Positions 14,164-22,125 of a stretch of DNA of 64,000 nucleotides are shown in pieces. The translations under genes were made by a program, and so were the position numbers. Where the stretch lies: NCBI GenBank assembly GCA_902621165.1, contig CACNKX010000001.1, forward strand, positions 213,071 to 277,070, in the 5' to 3' direction. The stretch is from an uncultured Alphaproteobacteria bacterium (GTDB lineage Bacteria; Pseudomonadota; Alphaproteobacteria; HIMB59; GCA-002718135). How positions within the stretch are numbered: position 1 is the stretch's first letter; every line of letters starts with the position of its first letter. Below the pieces are notes generated by a model. It saw only the letters and a list, made by a program, of their open reading frames with translations. It made no database searches and was not told the DNA's origin.

Positions 14164-14181
14164 CTTATTTTGTTCTTATTG
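14160..14181 (+). repeat. Tandem 11-bp direct repeat TGTTCTTATTT / TGTTCTTATTG
   Basis: Two adjacent 11-bp units, 10/11 identical, overlap the -10-like element. An 11-bp phasing is typical of winged-helix response-regulator sites. Function is unknown. Confidence 0.9.
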
Positions 14182-14218
14182 CGATATTGAGCAAATGTTG
14201 TATTGTCCCTTTTCGGCG

Positions 14219-14234
14219 GCACTACATATTGTGT
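14219..14234 (+). promoter_or_regulatory. Candidate NrdR box
   Basis: GCACTACATATTGTGT matches the published NrdR-box consensus acaCwAtATaTwgtgt, as I recall it, at 14 of 16 positions. It lies 40 nt upstream of nrdA. I could not find a convincing partner box. Confidence 0.35.
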
Positions 14235-14273
14235 TTTTCGACAATAATTTTTTAAAAAATGGATAGAATTTAA

Positions 14274-17027
14274 ATGGCAGACAATCTACAGGTATCAGCA
14301 AAAATCTCAGAAGAAAAAAGTGTAAATATTTTAACATTAAGTGTTGTTCGTCGTGACGGAGCTATTACTCCTTTCAAATCTGATAAAATTTCAAATGCTA
14401 TAAAAAAAGCATTCTTGGCTCAAACAAAAATTAGAAATGATAAAAATAAGGAAAAAGAACAACAAGATGGAATTCATAAAACTGTTGAAGCTTTAACTCA
14501 TAAAGTTGTCTCTGCTCTAACAAGAAGGATTGCCGACGGCGACATGATTCACATTGAGGATATACAAGATCAAGTGGAGTTAGCACTTATGAGAGATGAG
14601 CATCATAAAGTTGCTAGAGCGTATGTTTTATATAGAGAACAAAGAGCGGCTTCAAGATATCACACTAAAAAACTAAAAGAACAAGTTGGAGAAAAAGCTT
14701 CTTCAATGATGGTAACCAAAAGAGATGGAAGTAAAGAGCCAATTTCACTGGATAAAATAACCAATAGAGTCTCTGTGCTATCAACTGGTTTAAATATTGA
14801 TCCAATTGTCGTTGTTCAAAAAGCTGTTCCAGGCTTATATTCTGATATTAGTTCCATTGAAATTGATACTTATCTTGCTGAAACTGCAGCCGCTTTAACA
14901 GTTGAACATCCAGATTATTCTTATCTTGCAGCAAGAATAAAAGTTAATTCACTACATAAAGAAACCCCAGGTTTCATAATTGCAACAAAAAATTTATACG
15001 ATGATGGATTGTTAAGAGAAGATTATTATAAAAAGGTGATGGAGAATGCAGATTTAATAGAGTCCGTAATTGACTATGATAAAGATTATACTTTTGATTA
15101 TTTTGCTCTCACAACACTAATAAGGGCATATTTATTAAAGTTCGATAATAAAACAATTGAAAGACCTCAAGACCTTTGGATGAGAGTGACTTTAACAGTT
15201 ACCGGTAATGAGTTTAATTTAGATAAAATAAAAGAAACCTATAAAAGTTTATCAACTGGTATGTATACACATGCTACTCCAACATTGTTTAATAGTGGAT
15301 TAAAAATGCAGCAATTATCTTCATGCTTTTTGATAGGTATGGAGGATGACTCCATAGAAGGTATTTTTAATACTATAAAAGATTGTGCTCTAATATCTAA
15401 AACCGCTGGTGGTATTGGCATGCACGCTCACAATATTAGAGGTAGTGGAAGTAGAATAAAATCAACAAACGGCAAATCTAATGGCCTTATTCCATTTTTG
15501 AAAATATTTAATGAGACTGCTAAATCAGTTGATCAAGGTGGAGGAAAAAGAAAAGGTTCTTTCGCAGTTTACTTAGAACCTTGGCATGCTGACATTGAGA
15601 AATTTCTAGAACTTAGAAAAAATACAGGTGCCGAAGAATTTAGAGCGAGAGATTTGTTTTATGCTTTATGGATACCTGATTTATTCATGAAAAGAGTAGA
15701 AAATGATGAAGAATGGACACTTATGAGTGAACATGAATGTCCAGGTCTTTCAGATGTATATGGTGACGAGTTTGAAAAACTTTACACTAAGTATGAAAAT
15801 GAAATGAAGCATTTAGAAAAAATTAAAGCAAGAGATCTAATGTCAAAAATTATAGAAGCGCAGATAGAAACAGGACAGCCTTATATGCTCTATAAGGACT
15901 CAATCAATAACAAGTCCAACCAAAAAAATATTGGTGTTATTAAATCTTCAAACCTGTGTGCAGAAATAGTTGAATACTCTGATAAGAATGAAACATCTGT
16001 ATGTAACTTGGCTTCTATAGCTCTGCCAAAATTTGTAAAAAAATCAGATAAAAAATTAATATATGACTATGATGCTCTTTATGAAACAGCAAAATTGGCC
16101 ACAAAAAACTTAGATGAAGTAATTGATATTAATTTTTATCCAACTGATAAAACGGAAAGATCTAATAATAAACACAGACCAATAGGTTTAGGAATACAGG
16201 GTCTTGCAGATGTCTACTTCAAGTTAGGAATAGCTTATGAGTCTGAAGAGGCTAAAGAAATAAATAAATTAATTTTTGAAACAATTTACTTTGGAGCTTT
16301 AGAAGCTTCATGTGAATTAGCAAAAGAAAAGGGAGCATACGAAACATTTAAAAAATCACCAATTTCGGAAGGTAAATTTCAATTTGATCTGTGGAATGTT
16401 AACCCGTCTTCAAAATGGGATTGGGATTCGCTAAGAGCTAAAATTAAAGAGCACGGTGTAAGAAACTCTTTAACCACAGCTTGTATGCCAACTGCGTCAA
16501 CAGGCATTATATTAGGTAACACTGAAACATTCCAAATACAAACCTCTAATATATATAAAAGACAAACACTCTCAGGTGAGTTCCTTCTTGTAAATAGATA
16601 TTTGGTGAATGAACTTTCTCAAAGAGGACTGTGGAATAAAGATATGAGAGACAAAATAATTTTAGAAAATGGATCGGTAGAAAACATAAATGAAATTCCA
16701 GTTGAGCTAAAAGAAATCTATAAAACAGTTTGGGAAGTATCACAAAAAACTGTCATAGATATGTCAGCAGATAGAGCACCATTTATTGATCAAACCCAAT
16801 CAATGAATCTTTGGCTTTCAACGCCTACATTTGGGAAAGTTAATTCAATGCATATGTATGCATGGAAAAAAGGTCTTAAAACAGGAATGTATTATCTCAG
16901 AAGTAGATCAGCAGTTGATGCTGTAAAAGTTACAGTTTCATCAGAAAAAGCAGCAAAAGATGCTTATATAAATACTGCTATTAAACAAAACAATGAACCA
17001 GAAGATTGCGAAACTTGCAGTGCATAA
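14274..17027 (+). CDS. nrdA: Class Ia ribonucleotide reductase alpha subunit, eukaryote-like, with two N-terminal ATP-cones
   Basis: 917 aa. Long blocks are near-identical to my recollection of mammalian R1 (SSCFL..M.DDSIEGI, GGIG, LEPWH.DI..FL.L.KNTG.EE.RARDLF.ALWIPDLFMKRVE, NLC.EIVEY, GLKTGMYYLR). The C-terminal redox tail is CETCSA. There are two VxKRDG/VRRDG ATP-cone starts. Confidence 0.97.
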   Translation: MADNLQVSAKISEEKSVNILTLSVVRRDGAITPFKSDKISNAIKKAFLAQTKIRNDKNKEKEQQDGIHKTVEALTHKVVSALTRRIADGDMIHIEDIQDQVELALMRDEHHKVARAYVLYREQRAASRYHTKKLKEQVGEKASSMMVTKRDGSKEPISLDKITNRVSVLSTGLNIDPIVVVQKAVPGLYSDISSIEIDTYLAETAAALTVEHPDYSYLAARIKVNSLHKETPGFIIATKNLYDDGLLREDYYKKVMENADLIESVIDYDKDYTFDYFALTTLIRAYLLKFDNKTIERPQDLWMRVTLTVTGNEFNLDKIKETYKSLSTGMYTHATPTLFNSGLKMQQLSSCFLIGMEDDSIEGIFNTIKDCALISKTAGGIGMHAHNIRGSGSRIKSTNGKSNGLIPFLKIFNETAKSVDQGGGKRKGSFAVYLEPWHADIEKFLELRKNTGAEEFRARDLFYALWIPDLFMKRVENDEEWTLMSEHECPGLSDVYGDEFEKLYTKYENEMKHLEKIKARDLMSKIIEAQIETGQPYMLYKDSINNKSNQKNIGVIKSSNLCAEIVEYSDKNETSVCNLASIALPKFVKKSDKKLIYDYDALYETAKLATKNLDEVIDINFYPTDKTERSNNKHRPIGLGIQGLADVYFKLGIAYESEEAKEINKLIFETIYFGALEASCELAKEKGAYETFKKSPISEGKFQFDLWNVNPSSKWDWDSLRAKIKEHGVRNSLTTACMPTASTGIILGNTETFQIQTSNIYKRQTLSGEFLLVNRYLVNELSQRGLWNKDMRDKIILENGSVENINEIPVELKEIYKTVWEVSQKTVIDMSADRAPFIDQTQSMNLWLSTPTFGKVNSMHMYAWKKGLKTGMYYLRSRSAVDAVKVTVSSEKAAKDAYINTAIKQNNEPEDCETCSA

Positions 17028-17041
17028 AGAAGGAGTAAAGA

Positions 17042-18031
17042 ATGATATCAAAAGGCGTTAAATCAATATTTCCAATAAAAAACCAAGAAATTTGGGATAG
17101 GTACAAACAACATATTCAAGCCTTTTGGACAACTGAAGAAGTATCTTTGCAAGATGATTTAAGAGATCTTGAAACTTTAAATGATGGTGAAAAGCATTTT
17201 ATTAAGCACGTACTTGCATATTTTGCTAACTCCGAAGCAATGATTAATGAAAACTTAGCAAGTAGGTTCTACAAAGAAATTTTAATTCCTGAAGCAAGAT
17301 GTTTTATATCTATACAAATGTTGAATGAATCAATTCATGCAGAGATGTATGGTCTACAAATTGAAGCTTATGTAAAAGATGCAAAAGAAAAAGACATGCT
17401 TTTTGATGCAATACAAAACGTGCCGTGTATTAACCATAAAGCACAATGGGTATCAAAATGGCTCAATGGTAGTCAAAATTTATTAACAAGACTAATAGGA
17501 TTTGGATTAGTTGAAGGTTTATTTTTTGCTGGCTCTTTCTGTGCAATATATTATTTCAGAAAAAGAGGTTTATTACCTGGTTTAGCATTATCTAACGACT
17601 GGATTGCAAGAGACGAAGGAATGCATTTTAGTTTCTCATCTCTTATGTTTAGAACTTTAAGAGATAAATTTAATAATAAAACATTAACTGATGCAGATAT
17701 TAGTGATTTGTCTTTGATACCCTCAGATGTGCCTCAATCACAATTTGAAGAAATTGTTAGAGAAGCAGTAGCATTTGAAAAAGAATTTGTAAGAGATGCT
17801 TTACCAGTAGATTTAATTGGTATGAATCAAGACTTAATGTGTCAATATATTGAAGCTGTTGCAGACAGAATTGCTGACCTATTTGAATTTGACAGAGTCT
17901 TTAAAACAGAAAATCCTTTTGATTTTATGAGAGCTTTAGATGTACAAAATGTTACTAACTTTTTTGAAAAAAGGGTATCTGAATATCAACGACCTACAGA
18001 TAGAGCTTTAAGTTTTGATGAAGCATTTTGA
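17042..18031 (+). CDS. nrdB: Class I ribonucleotide reductase beta subunit, eukaryote-like
   Basis: 329 aa with FWTTEEV, HVLAYFANSEAMINENL, NESIHAEMY, VEGLFFAGSF, RDEGMH and the ENPFDFM...NFFEKRVSEYQ motif. Confidence 0.97.
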   Translation: MISKGVKSIFPIKNQEIWDRYKQHIQAFWTTEEVSLQDDLRDLETLNDGEKHFIKHVLAYFANSEAMINENLASRFYKEILIPEARCFISIQMLNESIHAEMYGLQIEAYVKDAKEKDMLFDAIQNVPCINHKAQWVSKWLNGSQNLLTRLIGFGLVEGLFFAGSFCAIYYFRKRGLLPGLALSNDWIARDEGMHFSFSSLMFRTLRDKFNNKTLTDADISDLSLIPSDVPQSQFEEIVREAVAFEKEFVRDALPVDLIGMNQDLMCQYIEAVADRIADLFEFDRVFKTENPFDFMRALDVQNVTNFFEKRVSEYQRPTDRALSFDEAF

Positions 18032-18270
18032 TGGAAGCAGAGATATACTCTAAAACTAATTGTGGATACTGTGATAGAGCTAAACTACGGTTAGCTAAAT
18101 TTAATCCAAAGATTTATATGCTTGATACAGATTATACGAGAGAAGATTTTTTTGAAAAGTTTCCGAACGCTAAAACCTTTCCTCAAATAATTTTAAATGG
18201 TGAAAAAATTGGAGGGTATCATGAACTTGAAAAATGGTTTGAAATGAATACCTTTGACGAAGAATTCTAA
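18031..18270 (+). CDS. Glutaredoxin (CGYC active site), RNR-operon associated
   Basis: 79 aa from the ATG at 18031, which overlaps the nrdB TGA as TGATG; the ORF track extends to a TTG at 18028. It has the CGYC motif and TFPQIILNGEKIGGYHEL. Confidence 0.9.
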   Translation: MEAEIYSKTNCGYCDRAKLRLAKFNPKIYMLDTDYTREDFFEKFPNAKTFPQIILNGEKIGGYHELEKWFEMNTFDEEF

Positions 18271-18395
18271 ATAACCTTTTTTTTTCCTTTTCTTGAGTAA
18301 GTTTTTTTATTTCTAACAATTCTTTGTTTATATTTGGGTAGTTTTAAATCTTGAGCAAAGGGATTTCTTTTCTTAATTTTTTTTTTTATTTCCAT
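18267..18395 (-). CDS. Small basic protein (42 aa), candidate ArfA-like alternative ribosome-rescue factor
   Basis: Hand translation gives MEIKKKIKKRNPFAQDLKLPKYKQRIVRNKKTYSRKGKKKVI, ending at a TAG. The ATG lies 10 nt after the polA stop. The core P-x-Y-K-Q-R-I-x-R-N-K-K...T-Y-S-R-K-G-K resembles the E. coli ArfA core [23 protein letters not shown] (recalled from memory). It is below the ORF-track length cutoff. Confidence 0.5.
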   Translation of the reverse strand: MEIKKKIKKRNPFAQDLKLPKYKQRIVRNKKTYSRKGKKKVI

Positions 18396-18405
18396 AAAAT
18401 GTATT

Positions 18406-21147
18406 CTAATGTGCCTGTCCCCAATGATCACCAGCACCAAAATCAACAGTGAGTGGAACTGAAAAGTCTTTGTATTTTAAATGTACAGACTCCATAATCT
18501 TTTTTACATTACTTACTAAATTGTCATATTTTTTAGTTTCGACTTCAAAGATTAGTTCATCATGTACTTGTAAAAGCATTTCAGCCTCAATATTTTTAAG
18601 TTTTATTTCCTTATGAATTTCTATCATTGCTAACTTAATAATGTCTGCTGCACTACCTTGGATTGGTGCATTAATGGCTTGTCTTTCTGCAAAACCTCTA
18701 ACAGCAAAATTCTTATCGGCAATTCCCTTAATATTAATTTTCCTTTTAAAAATTGTTTCAACGTATTGATTTGTTTTTGCGAAATCAATTTGATGCTCCA
18801 TATATTTTTTAATTTTTGGGTATTTAATAAAATACTCATTTATGTAATCTTTTGCTTCAGTATTGGAAATGTCAAGTTGTTTAGCTAAACCGTATGGACT
18901 AATTCCATATAGAATACCAAAATTAATTGCTTTTGCTTTTCTTCTATAATCATTATTTATTTGACTATCGTTTAGATTAAATATCTCTTTAGCAGTTGAT
19001 GCATGAATATCTTCATTGTTTTTAAAAGCTTTAATAAAATTTTTATCACTAGAAATTTCTGCAGCTAATCTAAGCTCTATTTGAGAGTAATCAAAACTGA
19101 CCAATTTTTTTCCTTTTCCACTAACAAAAGCTGTTCTTATTTTTTTTCCATTTTCAGTTCTAATTGGGATATTTTGAAGATTTGGATCCGTAGAGCTTAA
19201 TCGACCTGTTAAAGTATTAGCTAAACCAAATGATGTATGAACTCTACTTTTACTATCTGTTAATCTAAATAAAGCATCTGTATAGGTTGATTTAAGTTTT
19301 GTTAATTCCCGCCAATCAAGAACGAGCTGAGCAATTTCAAATCCATCTAAGGCTAAATTATTTAAAGTTGAAGAATCAGTTGAATATGTTCCTGATTTTG
19401 TTTTTTTACCACCAGGTATTTTAAGATTAACGAATAATATCTCTCCTAATTGTTTAGGCGAGCCAATATTAAACTCTTCTTTTGAAAGTTTATAAATATT
19501 CTTTTCAAGTTTTTTACTTTCATTCTCAAATTCATTACTAAGACTTGTTAAAAAATCTTTATTTACCTCAATACCATTTGCCTCGATTGAAGATAATACC
19601 TCTACAAGTGGTAAATCAATATTTTGATAAACAAAATTAGCTTTTTCTTTTATTAAGCGAGGATAAAGATGATGAAAAAGCCTGAATGTTAATAGAGAAT
19701 CTTCTGCAGCATAATTAATTGCTTTATCAATAGTTACTTTATCGAAAGTAATTTCATTTTTCCCTGTTCCAACAACTTCCTTATACTTAATTGTAGTATG
19801 ATTTAAGTGATTAAATGATAGATCATCTAAATTATGTTTAAAAATTCCATTATCAATTGAATAGGAAATTAACATTGTATCTGCAATTGAATTAAAAGTT
19901 ACTCCATACTTATTTAAAATTCTAATATCATATTTTATATTTTGCCCAATTTTTAAGATAGATTCATTTTCACATATTTTGTTAATATGATTAATCACAT
20001 ATTTTTCCTCTAACTGGTTATCAATTTTTTTAGAACCATCTAAACTGGTATGGTTTATAGGAATATAATAAGAAATATTTTCACTGCTACAAATTGATAT
20101 ACCAACTAATTTAGCTTTTTCTATATCGAGTGAATTAGTTTCAGTATCTATAGCGCAAATACCATTTTTTTTAATTTCACTTAAAACTTTTTCAAAATCA
20201 TTCTTTGAATTAATTAATTGATATTTTGGTTTTATTTCTTTTTTTGGAACTATATGATCATTATCACTAGATATAAAAGAATTAGATTTTAATCTTTCAG
20301 ATGTTGATCTAAAGCCCTGCTCTTTAAGAAAATTAAAGATATTATTATTTTCATTTTTTAATTCATTATAAGTTCTAATTCTATTAATGCTCTCAGGTAT
20401 TTGGACATCGTTTTTAAGTGTTACAAGTTTTAAACTTAATCTAATGTCATTTTCTGATTCTGCTAAAATATTTCTTCTTTTTTCTTGTTTAATTTTATCA
20501 AGATTTTTAATTAAACCATCAATATCATTAAATTCATTTATTAACTGAGAAGCTGTTTTTGGACCAATTCCAGGAGCGCCTGGAATATTATCTACTTTGT
20601 CGCCTGTTAAAGCTTGGATAAAAATAACTTTATTAGGTTTAACTCCAAATTTTTCTTCAACGTCTTTAATTTCTATTTTTTTATTTTTCATTGGATCAAG
20701 CATTGTCACTTTATTACTAACAAGTTGCATTAAATCTTTATCTGAGGAAACTATGATAGTCTCAATTTCATCTTTTTCAGCCAACTTAACATAGGTAGCA
20801 ATTAAATCATCAGCTTCAAATCCTTCTATTTCTAATTGAGGGATATTAAAGCTTTTTACGCATTCTCTAATTAATGGAAACTGTGGAACTAAATCGTCAG
20901 GAGCTTCTCCTCTATTAGCTTTGTATTCTGGGTAAATTTTATTTCTAAAATTTTCTCTTGCAGCATCAAAAATAACAATCATTTTATCATCACTATAATC
21001 TTCAATCAGTTTCACAAGCATGTTAGTAAATCCAAAAACTGCATTAATTGGGGTACCGTCAGCACGACTCATTGGAGGAAGACCGTAATAAGCTCTAAAA
21101 ATATACGCTGAGCCATCAACTAATATTAATCTACTCTTTTTATTCAT
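18406..21147 (-). CDS. polA: DNA polymerase I
   Basis: 913 aa with a 5'-3' exonuclease N-terminus, a 3'-5' exonuclease domain, and pol motifs DYSQIELR, RRKAKAINFG and QVHDEL. Confidence 0.97.
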   Translation of the reverse strand: MNKKSRLILVDGSAYIFRAYYGLPPMSRADGTPINAVFGFTNMLVKLIEDYSDDKMIVIFDAARENFRNKIYPEYKANRGEAPDDLVPQFPLIRECVKSFNIPQLEIEGFEADDLIATYVKLAEKDEIETIIVSSDKDLMQLVSNKVTMLDPMKNKKIEIKDVEEKFGVKPNKVIFIQALTGDKVDNIPGAPGIGPKTASQLINEFNDIDGLIKNLDKIKQEKRRNILAESENDIRLSLKLVTLKNDVQIPESINRIRTYNELKNENNNIFNFLKEQGFRSTSERLKSNSFISSDNDHIVPKKEIKPKYQLINSKNDFEKVLSEIKKNGICAIDTETNSLDIEKAKLVGISICSSENISYYIPINHTSLDGSKKIDNQLEEKYVINHINKICENESILKIGQNIKYDIRILNKYGVTFNSIADTMLISYSIDNGIFKHNLDDLSFNHLNHTTIKYKEVVGTGKNEITFDKVTIDKAINYAAEDSLLTFRLFHHLYPRLIKEKANFVYQNIDLPLVEVLSSIEANGIEVNKDFLTSLSNEFENESKKLEKNIYKLSKEEFNIGSPKQLGEILFVNLKIPGGKKTKSGTYSTDSSTLNNLALDGFEIAQLVLDWRELTKLKSTYTDALFRLTDSKSRVHTSFGLANTLTGRLSSTDPNLQNIPIRTENGKKIRTAFVSGKGKKLVSFDYSQIELRLAAEISSDKNFIKAFKNNEDIHASTAKEIFNLNDSQINNDYRRKAKAINFGILYGISPYGLAKQLDISNTEAKDYINEYFIKYPKIKKYMEHQIDFAKTNQYVETIFKRKINIKGIADKNFAVRGFAERQAINAPIQGSAADIIKLAMIEIHKEIKLKNIEAEMLLQVHDELIFEVETKKYDNLVSNVKKIMESVHLKYKDFSVPLTVDFGAGDHWGQAH

Positions 21148-21178
21148 TGTAAATTTAAATATATAAGATTTTAATAAA

Positions 21179-22105
21179 ATGTCAGATTATAAATATTCAA
21201 TACAAGCTAAAAATGTAAATAAAACATTCTTAAAAAGAACTCAGGAAGTTAAAGCTTTAATAGATTTTAGTATCACAATCAAAAGAGGAACGATTCATGG
21301 CTTATTAGGACCAAATGGAGCTGGAAAATCAACTTTTATTAATGTTCTTGGAGGTCTAGTTAAAAAAAATTCAGGTAACGTTAGTATTTGTGGAATAAAC
21401 ATAGATAAAAATATCAAGTTGAGTAAATTCAAAATTGGTATTGTTCCACAAGAACTTAACATAGATCCGTTTTTTTCACCTGCTGAATTGTTAGAACTAC
21501 AAGCAGGTTTGTATGGTGTACCAAAGAGAAAAAGGAAAACTGAAGAAATTTTAGAAAACTTAAAATTAACCGAACAAAGAAATGCATATGCAAGAACTCT
21601 ATCAGGGGGTATGAGAAGAAGATTATTAATTGGAAAAGCTCTAGTACATAATCCAGAAATTATTATTTTAGACGAACCAACTGCTGGCGTAGATATCGAT
21701 ATTAGAACATCAGTTTGGGATTATATAAAAAGAATAAGCAAACAGGGAAAGACTGTGTGTTTAACTACACATTATCTAGAAGAAGCTGAAAATCTTTGTG
21801 ATAATATCACAATAATAAATCATGGTAGAAAAATTATTGAAGGATCTAAAAATGAATTACTAAGTATAATATCTACTAAAACGGTTTCATTTGTATTAGA
21901 TAAAAATATAATTATTCCCAATCAATTAAATGAATATAAACCCATTCTTACTAATAATATTTTAAAATTAAGTTATGATAAAAATAAAACTAACATAAAA
22001 AAAATTATTGATATTCTGACAGATAATAAAATAAATTTTAAAGAAATAAATACATCGGAAGGAGATTTAGAAGATGTATTTATAAAGGTGATTAAAAATA
22101 AATAG
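21179..22105 (+). CDS. ABC transporter ATP-binding protein (ABC-2/YadG-like), with no adjacent permease gene
   Basis: 308 aa with Walker A GPNGAGKST, signature LSGGMRRR, and Walker B ILDEPT. Confidence 0.85.
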   Translation: MSDYKYSIQAKNVNKTFLKRTQEVKALIDFSITIKRGTIHGLLGPNGAGKSTFINVLGGLVKKNSGNVSICGINIDKNIKLSKFKIGIVPQELNIDPFFSPAELLELQAGLYGVPKRKRKTEEILENLKLTEQRNAYARTLSGGMRRRLLIGKALVHNPEIIILDEPTAGVDIDIRTSVWDYIKRISKQGKTVCLTTHYLEEAENLCDNITIINHGRKIIEGSKNELLSIISTKTVSFVLDKNIIIPNQLNEYKPILTNNILKLSYDKNKTNIKKIIDILTDNKINFKEINTSEGDLEDVFIKVIKNK

Positions 22106-22125
22106 GAAACACAAGAATTAATTGT

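Noticed and set aside
14187-14207. I searched for a second NrdR box at about 21 or 31-32 bp from the 14219-14234 box.
   Set aside because: The candidates (TGAGCAAATGTTGTAT, ACAATAATTTTTTA) match the consensus at only about half of the positions, so only a single box is reported, at low confidence.
13994-14273. A cobalamin riboswitch or other known riboswitch upstream of nrdA.
   Set aside because: There is no B12-box-like sequence, the region is too short and AT-rich, and I could not find extended complementary segments.
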